Source of the DNA: the human T2T-CHM13v2.0 reference genome, Homo sapiens
Assembly: GCF_009914755.1 (NCBI RefSeq)
Contig: NC_060937.1
Direction: 5' to 3' (one strand)
DNA: 64,000 nucleotides
Within the stretch, counting starts at the first letter, position 1; every line of letters starts with the position of its first letter. The position numbers and the translations under genes were made by a program. Positions 13,325 through 27,280 of the stretch are shown piece by piece. Under the pieces are notes generated by a model, which saw nothing but the letters and a program-made list of their open reading frames with translations, ran no database searches and was not told where the DNA came from.

Positions 13325-15360
13325 TGTTTTTAAAGACAATTTACTTTGAAGTTTTGAATTTATAGAAAAATTGGGAAGGTAGTGCAAAACATTCCTATAT
13401 GCCTTGAACCTAATTTTCCCTGTTATCAACAACTTATATTAGAATGATTAATTTATTTGTTACAAATAATAGACTGATACTGATACATTCTTATTAACTA
13501 AAGTCCATAGGTTACTCTGATTTCCTCAATTTATAAATAATATTCTTTGCCTTTTACGGTATCACATTTAGGTTAACAATTCCACTTAGTTGTCATGTTT
13601 CTTTCAGTTTCTCTTGGCTGTGACAGTTTTTTAGACTGTCTTTGTTTTTGATGATCTTGAGTGTTGTGAGAAGTGATATTTTGAGGAGTAGTAAGATATT
13701 TTGTCGGATACCTCTCTATATAATCTATTGCTTTTCTCAGGGTTTGACTAGAGTTACAGGTTTTGGAGAGGAAGACAAGATGTAAAGATGTTTTCATCAC
13801 TTCATATTAAGGGTACCTATTATCAGTAGGTTTTTCATCATTGATGTTAACCTCGATGGCATGTTTAAGCTAGTGTTTGTTGGGTTTTTCCACTATAAAG
13901 TTACATTTTTTAGCCCTTTTTATACTGTACTCTTTGAAACCACTATGCATAGCCTACACTTACAAACTATGGATTTGTCCTCCCTTTCATTGGAGGAAGT
14001 GTCTACGTTATTTAGAATTCTGCTACACAGGAGATGTGTATCTTCTCCAATTATTCATTTCATTTGATCTCTTATTATAACAACATGAACTCATGGTTAT
14101 TTATTTTGTATAACTGACATTTTTAGAGTTTTTTTTCTTTTTACCCTTTTCAGAATGTCACATAATTGGAATCACAGGACATATAGTCTTTTTTTTTTAC
14201 ATTGACTTGATTCACTTGACAGTATTCATTTTAGGTTCACGCAGGTCTTTTTATGGCTTGATAACTCACTTCCCTTCATTGCTGAATAACACTCTTGTAT
14301 ATGAACACACAATTTGCGTATTCATTCATACTCCTGTATATGAACAATAAAATTTGTATATTCATTCACTTATTAAAACATTTTGGATTCTCATTTGCAG
14401 TGATTGTGAATAAAATTCTTATAAATATCAGGTTTTGTATAGATGTACATTTTCAAATCAGTTAATATCTAGGAACATGACTGTCAGATCTTCTCTTCAG
14501 CTATGTTTAGCTTCACAAGAAATCTTCAAAATGTTTTCCAAAGGGGCTGTGCCATCTGACAGTCCTACCTGTAGTGAAAGAGAGTTGCTGTTGTTCCACA
14601 TCATCACCAACATGTAGTGTTGTTAGTCTTTGGATTTTGATGTTTTAAATCAGTGTATAGTACTAGCTTATTGTTGCTTTCATTTGCAACAATATAATTT
14701 TATCTAATGACAAATGGTATTGAGCATCTTTTCACGATTATTTTCTTTGATAAAGTATGTTTATAGCTTTTACCTATTTTTAAATTTGGACTTTTTTCCT
14801 CATTGTTGCATTTTAGCATTCTTTGTATAATTTAAATGCAATTATTTTATCATATATAGGTTTTTCATATATTTTCTCAAGTGAGTGGCTTGTCTTCAAA
14901 TTCTCTTAATAGTATCTTTCACAGAGCAGAAGTTTTTAATTTTAAAATGTCCAACTTATTTTTCTGTAATTACTTTGTTTTGCTATTATATCTAAAACTT
15001 GTCACCAAATCTATGGTCAACTTGGCTTTCTCCTATGTTTTCTTTTGGAAGTTTTATATTTTGTCATTTTACATTTTGATCTATGATCCAAACTTTGTTC
15101 AGTTTTACAAAAGGTTTAAGGACAATGTTGAGATTCATAGCTTTGCATATAAAAAAGTTTAAGTTTTTGCATGTGGAAAAATTTACGATTTTATAGCACC
15201 ATTGCTAAAACTTCTATCTTTTCTCATTGAATTGCCTTGATCTTTTCTGAAAGATCAGTTCACCTTATTTATGTGAGCCATGTACTCTGTTCCATTGATC
15301 CATATGTCTATGCTTTCCCCAATACCATATTATCTAGATTATGGTAGCTTTATCAGAAAT
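13325..15360 (-). mobile_element. Ancient L1 (L1MC/L1MD-type) fragments
   Basis: Antisense L1M 3' motifs ('ctgatactgatacattcttattaactaaagtccatag', 'gttgctgttgttccacatcatcaccaaca'); boundaries approximate. Confidence 0.7.
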
Positions 15361-17582
15361 GGTTTCCACATGTCACGTGATCTCAGCTGTGATTATTTGT
15401 TGTAACATATCGCTCCAGTTTTGGAGATTAAGGGGATTCTGTGTGACCTCAATCAACTGATGTGTCCAAGAAAATTCATTGATTTTTCAATTTGTTTGTC
15501 TTCTTTTGTTTTTTTTGTCAAGAACATGGGAGTGGTTACTGTTAGGTTTTTTACATAACAAAGCTTAAACTGAAAGTGTTACAGCTTTTAGCTATGTTAC
15601 ACACATATAATTTGTATATTACATAATAATAAAAATTTGATAACAATTGTCTACCAAGTCCTCATTGAAAAAGGAAAGAAAGCTTAAGGGAACAAAATTT
15701 TTTTTCCCACGAAAAGAAATTCTAAATTAATTAGGATAAAGAAATAGTATGCTCATTTATAATTTAATATATGCTAAATTTTCTATAGGTACAAAAATTA
15801 CCAATTTTCAAATTCATCTTGATATTTTCAGGTATTTACTATGTTGATTATTGTACTAAAAAAAGAGTGATTATTGTACTTGAAAAAAAACAGAATGCTA
15901 CTTAATTTTAAAGATATAAAAAAGGATAGCTTAGGTAAAAATGTAGTTCCCATTTTTATTCAACAATTGGTGAAATAAGACCACCTTTTCCTTGTGCCTG
16001 CTTCAGTACACTTGTAAAATACGGAAGTGATATTTTTTCCATTGTAGGACTAATTTCAAGGGAGTCAACGAAGTAAGCTGGTCTTAAATTATGTTTCCCA
16101 TAGAAAACATATTTTCAAAGTTGTTAATATATTAGATATTGGTTTTGATTGATTTGTTATAGAAAACAACAATTTCTATGTCATTACAGAGATATGCAGA
16201 CTAGTAAATAATTCAATCATTTATTTAATATATTTGCCAAAAAGGTTTATATAAACCTTTTTGCCAAAAGGTTTGTATAAATTGATTATGATCTTAGGAA
16301 ATTCATGAATTTTTTCTGTGTATTAGTCATCTATAGATTTTAGTAGAAACGTAACATAAGCAAAGGAGTTTCTTCTTGACATTTTTTAATACTGCAAAAT
16401 ATTTACTTCTATTTTGAGAGGTCATTTATATTTCTGAACTTGATTGTGCATGCTAATTATTTAATTACAATTTATTTTAACTGAACATTTACCAAATGCA
16501 TATAATTATGTGCAAATTTAGGACTACCTAAATACAGGTACCTAAAGTACATACCTAAAATATATACCTAGAGTACATATGAGGTTTTAAATTTTGAACT
16601 AAGCTATTTAAAAGTAACATTAAATATATATCATAGAAAAATAACAAAAAGAAAATTAAGTTTTTAAATAATGAGATATTTTTAAAAACAATTATACTCA
16701 TAATGTAAAATTTACTTTAATTCACCTTTCTTGTCTCTGTGCACATTAAAGAAATAATACATATCTTTTGATCTTAGGAAAATTCCACTTAGTGACTAGA
16801 TAGGCTAGCTGGCCTTTCTGAATCTTGATTATTTCATCTGTGGAAGCAAGGAAGATATACTTTATCTACCAAAATTATGAAGGATTGTCTAGATGAAAAC
16901 TTGATATCTATTCTATCTCTAAGAAAATAACTTATCTGTTCTATTATATTATCTTTTGAGAGGACACTAAAATTACCATAGATGGAAAAAATATATATTT
17001 TTCTGTTTGGGTTCTAGAAAGGTGTTTTTTTTTTTTCCTAGCAGCTGCGGAAGTAGCAAAATATTTGCTTTCTATTTGTCTCCAAAATTTTTGGCTTCTA
17101 GGATTTTAATTTAGATTGACCACTTGTCATTTTCATATCAAATTTCTTTTGGTGTTTGAAGTAAATATTGCAGAACACTGTATACTTTTTACCCTCTGTA
17201 TTGAATTTATTGTCTCTATTGATTCTGACTGCTTTAGTTGTTTATTTAGGACATATTTTAAAAATTAACTTTCTTTTTTCCTTCCATCTTAAGAATTTGA
17301 AGTCTTATTGGTTCACTTATGCAACTAAAATGCAGTTTTAGTGTTAATAATTCAGGCCATAAGTAAATTGAATACATAACTTTTCTCTTGAATAGATAAT
17401 TGATATCAATGTTTTCAAAAAATATATCAGTAATGAAAGATAAACTTATAAAATATTTAACCAATTATTCCCTTAACATCACATTTTGTTGAAGTAACTA
17501 CACCTTGATATGTTTATGCATTTTTAAACTACTAAAATTTAATTTCATACATTTAGTGGAAACTTTTGGTTAATATTAACAT

Positions 17583-18030
17583 CTAAGTAAAGCCAGACAC
17601 AGAAAGGCAAACCACATGGTCTCACTTATTTCTGGGAGCTAAAAATTAAGCCAATTGAACTCATGGAGATAGAGAGTCAAACAATGGTTACCAGAGGATG
17701 GGAAAGGTAGTGTGGGGGAACAGGAAATGCGGATGGTTATTGGGTACATACATATAGTAAGAATGAAAAAGATCTAGTATTTGATAGCACAATAGCATGC
17801 CTACAGTCAGCAATAATTGACCGTACATTTTAAAATAACTCAGAGTAGAATGAGAATGTTTGTAACACAAATGATAAATGCTTGAGATGATGAATATCCA
17901 ATTTACCCTGATGTAATTATTACATATTGTATGCTTTTATCAAAATATCTCATGTACTCCATTAACGTATACACCTACTATGTAATCCCCAAAATTAAAA
18001 ATTATAATAAATACATAAATAAAAATAGAT
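17583..18030 (+). mobile_element. L1MA1-3-type 3' UTR fragment with A-rich tail
   Basis: 'aattgaactcatggagatagagagt...gatctagtatttgatagcacaatag...tatacacctactatgta'. Confidence 0.8.
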
Positions 18031-19169
18031 AAATACAACCCTAAGAACATTTTTTTACAATGGAATTCTGAAAGCTTACAGTTGATTCTCCAACTTGTAC
18101 TTTCAGGTAATAATTTTCAGTAGTGCCTTACTCAGGCCAACTGGAAGCCTTTTTCAAATCACAGGAGCTCTCACTGTTTCAGGAGTCACTCTCTGTGAGT
18201 TCACCTTGCCTTTGGATCGCTGTGGGGGAGAGAGGTCTTAGAATGAATGAATAAGCAATCATATTCTAAGGAATGTAGATGTTTGTGTCTTGGCATGACA
18301 AAAACAATGTTCTTTTATATTTGTCTCTCTACATGAATACTCTGATTAGTTTTGCATGTGCACATTTGCAGTTTTCTTTTGCAGCCACCCAAGGACTTAA
18401 ACACTTTGAGGCTGTATGCTGATAAATTACAGCATGCCTTTCTTATAACAAAGCATGTCTGTCTTTAGAACTTCACAAGAGCTTCTGATATATGTAGTGA
18501 ATTAACATTCTTATTTTATAGAGTCAAAAAGAAAGCGATTGTTATCAATAGCTATTTTCCTGTTCTAATATTTCTTTGTTATTATAATAGTACAGCCTGC
18601 ATTGACACTTGAACCAAGAAGTCTGTAACTGGCCGGTGGATGTGCCATTTATTTTTGTTCCAAATTCAATGACAATGAAGTGCCCAATATGCATGAAACT
18701 ACAACTCTCATAAAATGACTTGAAAATAGATGGCTGAAAAATTTGTAGCTCTCTTATGACTCTTGTTTGAGAACCTATTCTAATAACCACTTATATGTAA
18801 TCAGATGGACTTCATGCAACCTCATCCTGTAAATGGACCATGTGAATGTTTTCCTATTATTGCTGCCATAGCTCACAGACTATATAAGAATTGCTAGTCA
18901 TTCTGCCCTGAAACAAATTACTATTCTAACAATAGAAATCTCAATGACCTTCACATAAGTCATGGCTTTATAATGTAGATACTGATATAAAAACTGCCTA
19001 GGGGGCATGGAATTCACCCATTCAACTGTCTTTGCTAAATTTGCCTCTGAGCTGTTTTCTGTAGATAAAGAAAAAGGGAAAATTGCTGCAAAAAAAGTAA
19101 TTTGGTGTCCACTGTATCAGTCTTAGAGCGGGTTATGCTAACATACTTTTTAAAGTGTTTATGAAATAT

Positions 19170-19320
19170 GAATATTATATATACATAGATGTATGTATCT
19201 GTATAAAATATATACATAGGTATGTTAAATATGCATATATGCATATACATAAATGAATAAACATATGTGCATATACACATATACATATGTATATATGTAC
19301 ATATATGTGTATATATAAAT
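19170..19320. repeat. Degenerate (TA/CATATA)n low-complexity tract
   Basis: Alternating purine-pyrimidine run visible directly. Confidence 0.8.
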
Positions 19321-19709
19321 AAATGCCTCCAAAAAGTCACCATTCTGGTTAGTCAGTTCTAGATAAGATTCATTACGTTTATGCTCTGATTAATGATATT
19401 GAAAGTACTTCATTTACATTTTGACCATTTTAAAGTAAGACAAATCTCAAAATCTAAGAGTTAAAACACATCTGGAAATTGGCAGATGCTTTTCTTTGCT
19501 GGCACATGAATCTGTTTAAAATCATGAGATAATAATTGTTGAATGAGATCTGTATATAAGTATTGCATTAAGTTTGAGAGGAAAGAAGCACCTCATTAGT
19601 ATTACGTATAAGATGGATAGCAAAATCTAAAGCAATAAAATAAACACAGAGATACACACACAAACACACACACACAAAATATATTTTGAAAAAGACATGG
19701 TAAATATCT

Positions 19710-19778
19710 TGCAATGTAATTGAGGTTTTTGCCATTGAAAGTAATGGCCAAAATGCAATTACTTTTGCACCAACCTAA
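19710..19778. mobile_element. MADE1 (Hsmar1-derived MITE), one end truncated
   Basis: 'gtaattgaggtttttgccattgaaagtaatggccaaaatgcaattacttttgcaccaacctaa' followed by TA. Confidence 0.85.
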
Positions 19779-19965
19779 TAATTATTTTGACCTGCTGATA
19801 TTATGAATTAGATAATCTAAATAATAACTTGTAAGACAATTATGGAATAAAGATTTCAGCAAAACAGGCATAAAGAAAGTAAACCGTAAAACACCTCTCA
19901 ACGTTACTCAAATTTTTAAATTTTTCCCAAAATTTTATTTGCGTATGTGTGATCTATGGAAAATG

Positions 19966-21585
19966 TACCCATATTTAATCAGCATCATGAAAAGTTAATT
20001 TATTCCATGGCTTTTAAATATGTTTTAATTAAATGGCTTCCCTTGAGTAGGATAACACTACTTATCTAGTTGTCTATTTCAGCATTGTAACTTCAACACC
20101 AAGGAGCAGATCAATGTTTGTTTTTATTTTTTATTATTTTTCCACAATAACATTGAACATTTTATGTTTTTTTAAAGTATTTATCTTCCAATACAGGGTA
20201 TGCCTTCTCACTTGAAAATAATCCGTGGTAATAAATATGGCTGCACTCATTATTTGCAGTATGCCATCTGGAATTTGGCAAAATTCCCATGATTCCTTGG
20301 CATCTCATGAATGAGAGATACAATTCAGTGCTTTAACTTTTCTTTTAGCCTAAGTGTTCAAGTTTATGAGCAGAGAAGAGTTTATGTTTAGCAGCATTGA
20401 TAAATTAGGGTCATAAAGTTTTAATATCCTTAAAGATACATTTTGTCCTTTTCAGGCAAAAGAGATTTTTGACTTTTCTAATTCTTTCTCAGGTTAACAG
20501 AGGAAAAAAATAGCATTAAAAGTGGAAGATCAATGTCCAGTAGAAAACAATAACATTAATTATAACAACAATAATACTATAATTAAGTACTGATGTGCTA
20601 AAAGTTCTGCTTAAATTTGTTACACATTATGCCTCAGATTCACTTGAATAGTCCTACTCTAAAATTGCTATTCAACAGAGTTAGAATTAAATGTGCTTGT
20701 TGTCAACCAATATGCCATGTTTTATTTTGACATCCCAACATGAGATCACGACTTACATGGCAATAACTATTTGTAAACAAAATCATTATTATTTAATTTT
20801 CTCATTCCTATTTGAAGTATGTATGTGTGCATGTGTAGGCACATATAAAGACATATCCAGAGTATTATTAAACCAGTATAATCCTGTTTCAAATAAAAAG
20901 ATGTAATAGTACGTTTTTACTTTAGGCAGTGACAGTTTTACACACACATACACACACACACACACCTTCTTAGAAAATATATTAAATTATTTTCAAGGAA
21001 GAGTTTTAAAACACGAAGCCTTTAAAATATTTGGAAATCAATATAAAACAATTTCGAATTAATAAAAATATTAGAGAAATACAATATTTTTTAGGAAGCA
21101 ACCTTTTGCTTATAAACAAAAAGTTTTTGCTAACATAACTAGTAAGAGTTTCAAATGTTTATCAGTCTTAGATAATTTTGCTTCAAAAACACCTTAGTAA
21201 TTAATTTTAAACAAAAACAATAACAAGAAATTTATCGTATATATGTAAAAATATCTCTAAGAATTTTATAGAAAAAGCATATCTATAAGATAGTATAAAT
21301 AGAGATGTAAACAAATACAGACATATAATTTTCAAGAACAAGCATTATAAAATATGCATTTTGTTAAAGTAATTTATATAATCAATATCTTTTAATTGCG
21401 GGCATTTACATTCAAGGTTAGTGTTGATACATGTGGATTTGATCCTAATTAGTGTTGAAGTTACAATGCTGAAATAGACAACTAGATAAGTAGTGTTATC
21501 CTACTCAAGGGAAGCCATTTAATTAAAACATATTTAAAAGCGATGGAATAAATTAGCTTTTCATGATGCTGATTAAATATAGGTA
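19966..21585. repeat. 134-bp inverted repeat pair (19966-20099 and 21452-21585)
   Basis: Reverse complement of 21452-21585 matches 19966-20099 with 3 mismatches. Confidence 0.92.
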
Positions 21586-24500
21586 TTTTTAAAAATATAT
21601 ATTAAAAAAAGAAATTATTGTAGTGTGTTTTTCAGCTCTGTCAGTTCGATTATGTACTTTTCTATACCGGCTATTTTGTCTGTCAGCTCTTGCATTGTTT
21701 TATCATGATTTTTAGCTTCCTTGGATTGAATTTCAATGTACTCTGATAGCTTAGTAATCTTTGTCCCTATCCATATTCTGAATTCTATTTCTGTTATTTC
21801 CACCATATCCTTGCTGGAGAGGTGATGTGATGAATTCTCCAATTAAAAAAAGACACAGAGTGGTAAACTGGATAAAGAACCAAGATCCATTGGTAGGATA
21901 AAGAACAAAGATCTATTGGTGTCTTCCAGAAACCCATTTCACATGCAGTGAAACACATAGCCTCAAAATAAAGGGATGGAGAAATATCTACCAAGTAAAT
22001 GGAAATCAGAAAAGAAGCAAAGGTGGCAATCCTAGTTTCAGAAAAAACAGACTTTAAACCAACAAAGATATAAAAAAAAAAAAAAAGACCAAGCGGGGCA
22101 TTACATAATGGTAAAGGGTTCAATTCAACAAGAAGACCTAACTATTTTAAAAATATATTCCCCCAACACAGGAGCACCCAGATTCATAGAGCCAGTTTTT
22201 GGAGACCTTCAAAGAGACTTAAATTCCCACACAACAATAGTGGGATACTTTAACACCCCATTTAAAATATTAGACAGATCATTGAGACAGAAAATTAACA
22301 AAGATTTTCAGGACCAAAAATCAGCACTGGAACAAATGAACCTGATATATATCTATCTCTCCACCCCCAAACAACATAATATACATTCTCCTCATTGCCA
22401 TATGGTACATACTCTAAAACTGATCACATAATCTGAAGGAAAACACTCCTCAGCAAATGCAAGAAATACTAAATTCATAACAAACAATCTCTTGGACTAC
22501 AGTGCAATTAACTTAAAAATCAAGACTAAGAAATTCACTCCAAACAATACAATTACATGGAAATTGAATAACCTGCTTCTGAAGGACGTTTGGGTAAATA
22601 ATGAAGTTAAGGCAGAAATCAAGAAGTTCTTTGAGAATAATGACAACAAAGATACAAAATACCATACTTAGTTGTGTCTGGGACACAACTAAGGCAGTAA
22701 TAAGAGAGAAATTTACAGCACTAAATGCCCACATTAAAGAGTTATAAAGATCTCAATTTAACCACCTAATATCACAACTAAATGAACTAGAGAACAAAGA
22801 GCAAATGAATCCCAAAGCTAGCAAAAGACAAGAGATAACCAAAATCAGAGTTGAACTGAGATTGGAATACATAAAAGCATTCAAAAGATCAATAAATACA
22901 GAAACTGTTTTATTGAAAAAAATAATGGAACAGATAGACTGCTAGCTAGACTGATAGAAAAAGAAAAGAGAGAAGATTCAAGTAAATACAATCAGAAACA
23001 ACAAAGGGGATATTACCACTGACCCCACAGAAATACAAACAACAATCAGAAAATATTATGAACACCTCTATGCGCATAAACTAGAAAATCTAGAAGAAAT
23101 GGATAATTCCTGGACACATACACCCTCCCAATACTGAAACAGAAAGAAATTGAATCCCTGAGCATATCAATAGCAAGCTTTGAAATTGAGTCAGTAATAA
23201 ATAGCCTGCCATGCAAAAAAAAAAAAAGAATGATTAGAAACAGATTCACAGTTAAATTCTACCAGATGTACAAACAAGAGGTAGTACCATTCCTCCTGAA
23301 ATTATTCCAAGAAATTGAAGAAGAGGGACTTCTCCCTAACTCATTCTATGAGGTCAGCATCATACTGATACCAAAACTGGGCAGATATAACAGAAAAAGA
23401 AAGCTTTGAGCCAATATCTTTGATGAACATCACTGCAAAAATCCTTGACAACATATAGACAAACCAAGTCCAGCAGCACATCAAAAAGCCTATCCACTAG
23501 GATGAAGTAGGCTTCACCCCTGGAATGCAAGGTTGGTTCAACACATGCAAATCAATAAATTTGATTCATCACATAAACAGAACTAAAGCAAAAATAGCAT
23601 CAATATCTCTATAGATGCAGAATAACATTTAGATAACATTCAATGTGACTTTATGTTAGAAATTATCAATAAACTGGGTATTGAAGAAAGTACCTCAAAA
23701 TAATAAGAGCCAACTATGACAAACCCACAGAAAACATTATACTGAATGGACAAAAACTGGAAGCACTCCCCTTGAAACCCAGCCCAACACAAGGATGCCC
23801 TGTCTCATTACTCCTATTAAGCATAGTATTGGAAGTCCTGGCCAGGGCAATCAGGTAAGAGAAACAAATGAAGGGCATCAAAATAGGAAGAGCGGAAGTC
23901 AAACTATACCTGTTTGCAGAAGGCATAATCCTATATCCAGAAAACCCCACACTCTCAGCCCAAAAGCTCCTTAAACTGATAACTTTGGCAAAGTCTCAGT
24001 ATACCAAATCAGTGTGCAAAAATCACTAGCATTACTAAACACCAACAACAGTCAAGCTGCAAGCCAAATCAGAAATGCTGTCCCATTCACCATTGCCAAA
24101 AAAAGAATAAAATACCTAGGAAAAGAACTAAAGACAAAGGTGAAAGATGTCTAAAAGGAGAACTAAAAATTGCTGCTCAAAGGAATCAGAGATGACACAA
24201 AAGATGGAAAAACATTCCATGTTCATGGATAGGGTGAATCAATATGGTGAAAATAGTCACACTGCCCAAAGGAGTTTATAGATTCAATGTTATTTCTATT
24301 AAACTACCATTGAGATTCCGCACAGAACTACAAAATAAAACTATCTTAAAATTCATATGGACCCAAAAAGACATCCAAATAGCCAAGGTAATTTTAAGTA
24401 AAAAGAACAAAGCTGGAGGCATCACATTACTCTGGATCAAACTGTACTACAGGGCTACATTAACCAAAGCAGCATGACACTGGTACAAAAACAGACACAT

Positions 24501-25782
24501 AGACAAATGGAACAGAATAGAGAGCCCAGAAATAAGTCTGCATACCCACAACTATCAGATCTACAATCCTGACAAGTAGAAGCATTGGGAAAAGGATTCT
24601 CTGTACAATAAGTCATGCTGGGACAACTGGCTAGCCGTAAGCAGAAGACTGAAACTGGACCCCTTCTTTGCACCATATACAAAAATTATCTCAAGATGGA
24701 ATAAAGACTTAAATTTAAAATACAAAACTATAAATCCATGGAAGACAATGAAGGCAATACCATTTTGGACACAGGAATGGGCAAAGATTTCATGACAAAA
24801 ATGCCAAAAGCAATTGCAACAAAAGCAAAAATTGACAAATAATATCTAATTAAACTGAAGTCCTTCTACAAAGCAAGGAAAACTGTCAAAAGAGTGAACA
24901 GGCAACCTACAGAATGGGAGAAAATTTTTACAAACTATGCAACCAACAAACGTCTAACATCCAGCATCTATAAGGAACTTAAACAAATTTACAGGAAGAA
25001 AACAAACAACCTCATTAAGAAGTGGGCAAAGGACATTTTCAAAAGAAGATATACATGTGGCTAACAAGCATATGAAAAATGCTCAGCATCACTGATCATT
25101 AGAGAAATGCAAATCTAAGCCACAATGAGATATCATCTCACACTAGTCAGACTGGCTATTAATCGAAAGTAAAAAAATAAAACAGATGCTGGTGAGATTT
25201 CAGACAAAAAGGAGATTATACACTGTTGGTAAGAGTGTAAATTAATTCAACCATTGTAAAATACAATCTGGTGATTCCTCAAAGACTTAAACACAGGAAT
25301 ACCATTCGACCCAGCATGCGTATGTTCATTGTAACATTCTTTACAATCGCAAAGACATGGGATCAAGCTAAATGCCCATCAATATTGGCCAGATAAAGAA
25401 AATGTGGTACATAATACACCATGGAATACTATATAGCCACAAACAAAAAAATGAGATCATGTGATTTACAGGAACATAAATGGAACTAGGGCCCAGTATC
25501 TTTAGCAGCCTAGCGCAGGAACAGAAAACTGAATACTGCATGTTCTCACTTATAAGTGGGATCTAAATGCTGAGAACACATGGACACACAGAAGGGAACA
25601 ACAGACACTGGGGACTCCTTTATGGTAGAGGGTGGGAGAAGGGAGATGATCAAGAAAAATAATTAATGGGTACTAGGCTTAATACCTGGGTGATGAATTA
25701 ATTTATACAGCAAACCCACATGACACAAGTTTACCTATTTAATAAACCTGCACACAAACCTCTGAACTTAAGATAAAAGAAC
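21384..25782 (+). mobile_element. Older L1PA (L1PA10-16/L1PREC2-like): near-complete degraded ORF2 and 3' UTR, rearranged 5' end
   Basis: ORF2 remnants (MVKGSIQQEDLTILKIYSPNTGAPRFI at 22108); antisense L1 pieces at ~21398-21446 and ~21615-21830; candidate TSD 'agtaatttatata' at 21368-21380 and 25783-25795. Confidence 0.85.
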
Positions 25783-26203
25783 AGTAATTTATATATTCTA
25801 AATAATTGTAATTTAATTCAATATACCTTTTTAAGGTAGCATGAAAAATTAAAGGTGAAAGAATATTTTGTTTTATGATGAAGATTATGAAGAAGGGAAG
25901 AAATGTAACTTTTACTGATCTCAAAGTTTGGCATACAGTCATTGTGATCAATATAATGTGTCATTGGTTCAGGTGAGTAACAATGGATAGAAAATAGAAC
26001 ACAAAATCTCACCAATAGGGCCATAACATTCCCTTCATCTTGACTAAAATTTAGAAAGATTTCACCCTATTGGCTTGTCTCTTTTGTCTCTCTTTTCTTG
26101 TAATATCTACTTTAGAACATTTCCATTGTGTATTCCTTCTTTGCCCATTTGATATGTACATTATCTTCTTCCAGCTTCTTGTCAGTTTTATAACTCATGA
26201 ATA

Positions 26204-26486
26204 TGTAGAGAAAAAGATAGCATACTTATCTCCCAGTCTCTATGGCAGAGGAGGAGCCTAACTTCTACAAGCACCAGTTAGAAAACACAGATGGCCCAAT
26301 TACCTTCAACAACCTCCCCTCTAGCATCCTCTATTATTTATCACTAATTCATCCCAGGGCATAAAAACTCTCCTGCCTTTCGATTCAGCAGAGTTCAGTT
26401 TAATCTCTCTCACCTATTGCAATAGTCTTGAATACTGTTTTCCTTGCCTTTGGAACTTGACCAGTGCAATTTTTTTTTTTTTGACA
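26204..26486 (+). mobile_element. Old ERV1 LTR remnant (MER89/MER110-like)
   Basis: LTR 3'-end motif 'ctctctcacctattgcaatagtcttgaata...ccttgcc...gtgcaatttttt...tgaca'. Confidence 0.5.
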
Positions 26487-27236
26487 AAACATACACATGT
26501 ACACATGGCACCTTGTTATACAACACAGGGAGCATACTTGAAGAAAATAATACCATGAACGGCTTTGGAGTAATTAGCTATGCATAAGAAATTATATTGA
26601 ATAATACTTGTAATGCTGATTATTTTATTACCATTATGTTAATTGTTATATTTCTATTTATTTTACAAATAACTTTAATAAAATTTGCTCAAAGTAAGTA
26701 TATATTATTTTTCAAGAAAAATGTCTCCTGCCTTATTCCCTACATTTAAGAGTTTTTAATTGATAAAATTATTTTTAACACTTCCCCTTCTGAATATTTG
26801 AAGATTCTTTCCTTTAACCAATAGTTTTTAAATTATTAAATAATTGCCTAATATTTAATTACCTATATTTTATGAAGTTCTGATATACTTTGATTTTCAA
26901 GTCTTCTAGGACTCAATTTAGTACTATGTAAGACTGTGTGTGTATCTACTAATGTAAAATAATTTTATAGTTTTCTATTTCCATTTATTTTATTTTCTTT
27001 TATAGTGACTCATGTACTTGTGATGTGTTTGGAGGAGGACAGCTGACTCTTATAATAGTCTCGGTCATTCCATCGACCATGACCTAAGATTTTTTAATCT
27101 GAGCTTTTAAAACTGTGTTTTCGTAACTCCTGACTTTTCCTACATTCACTTTAACAGATTGCAATTTTACATAACAAACTTTTGTCTCTATCTTTACTGT
27201 AACAGAAATGTCACTTGCAAAATGCTTAAGTTTAAC

Positions 27237-27280
<44 letters not shown>
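27237..27280. repeat. (AGAT)11 tetranucleotide STR
   Basis: Perfect repeat read directly. Confidence 0.97.
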
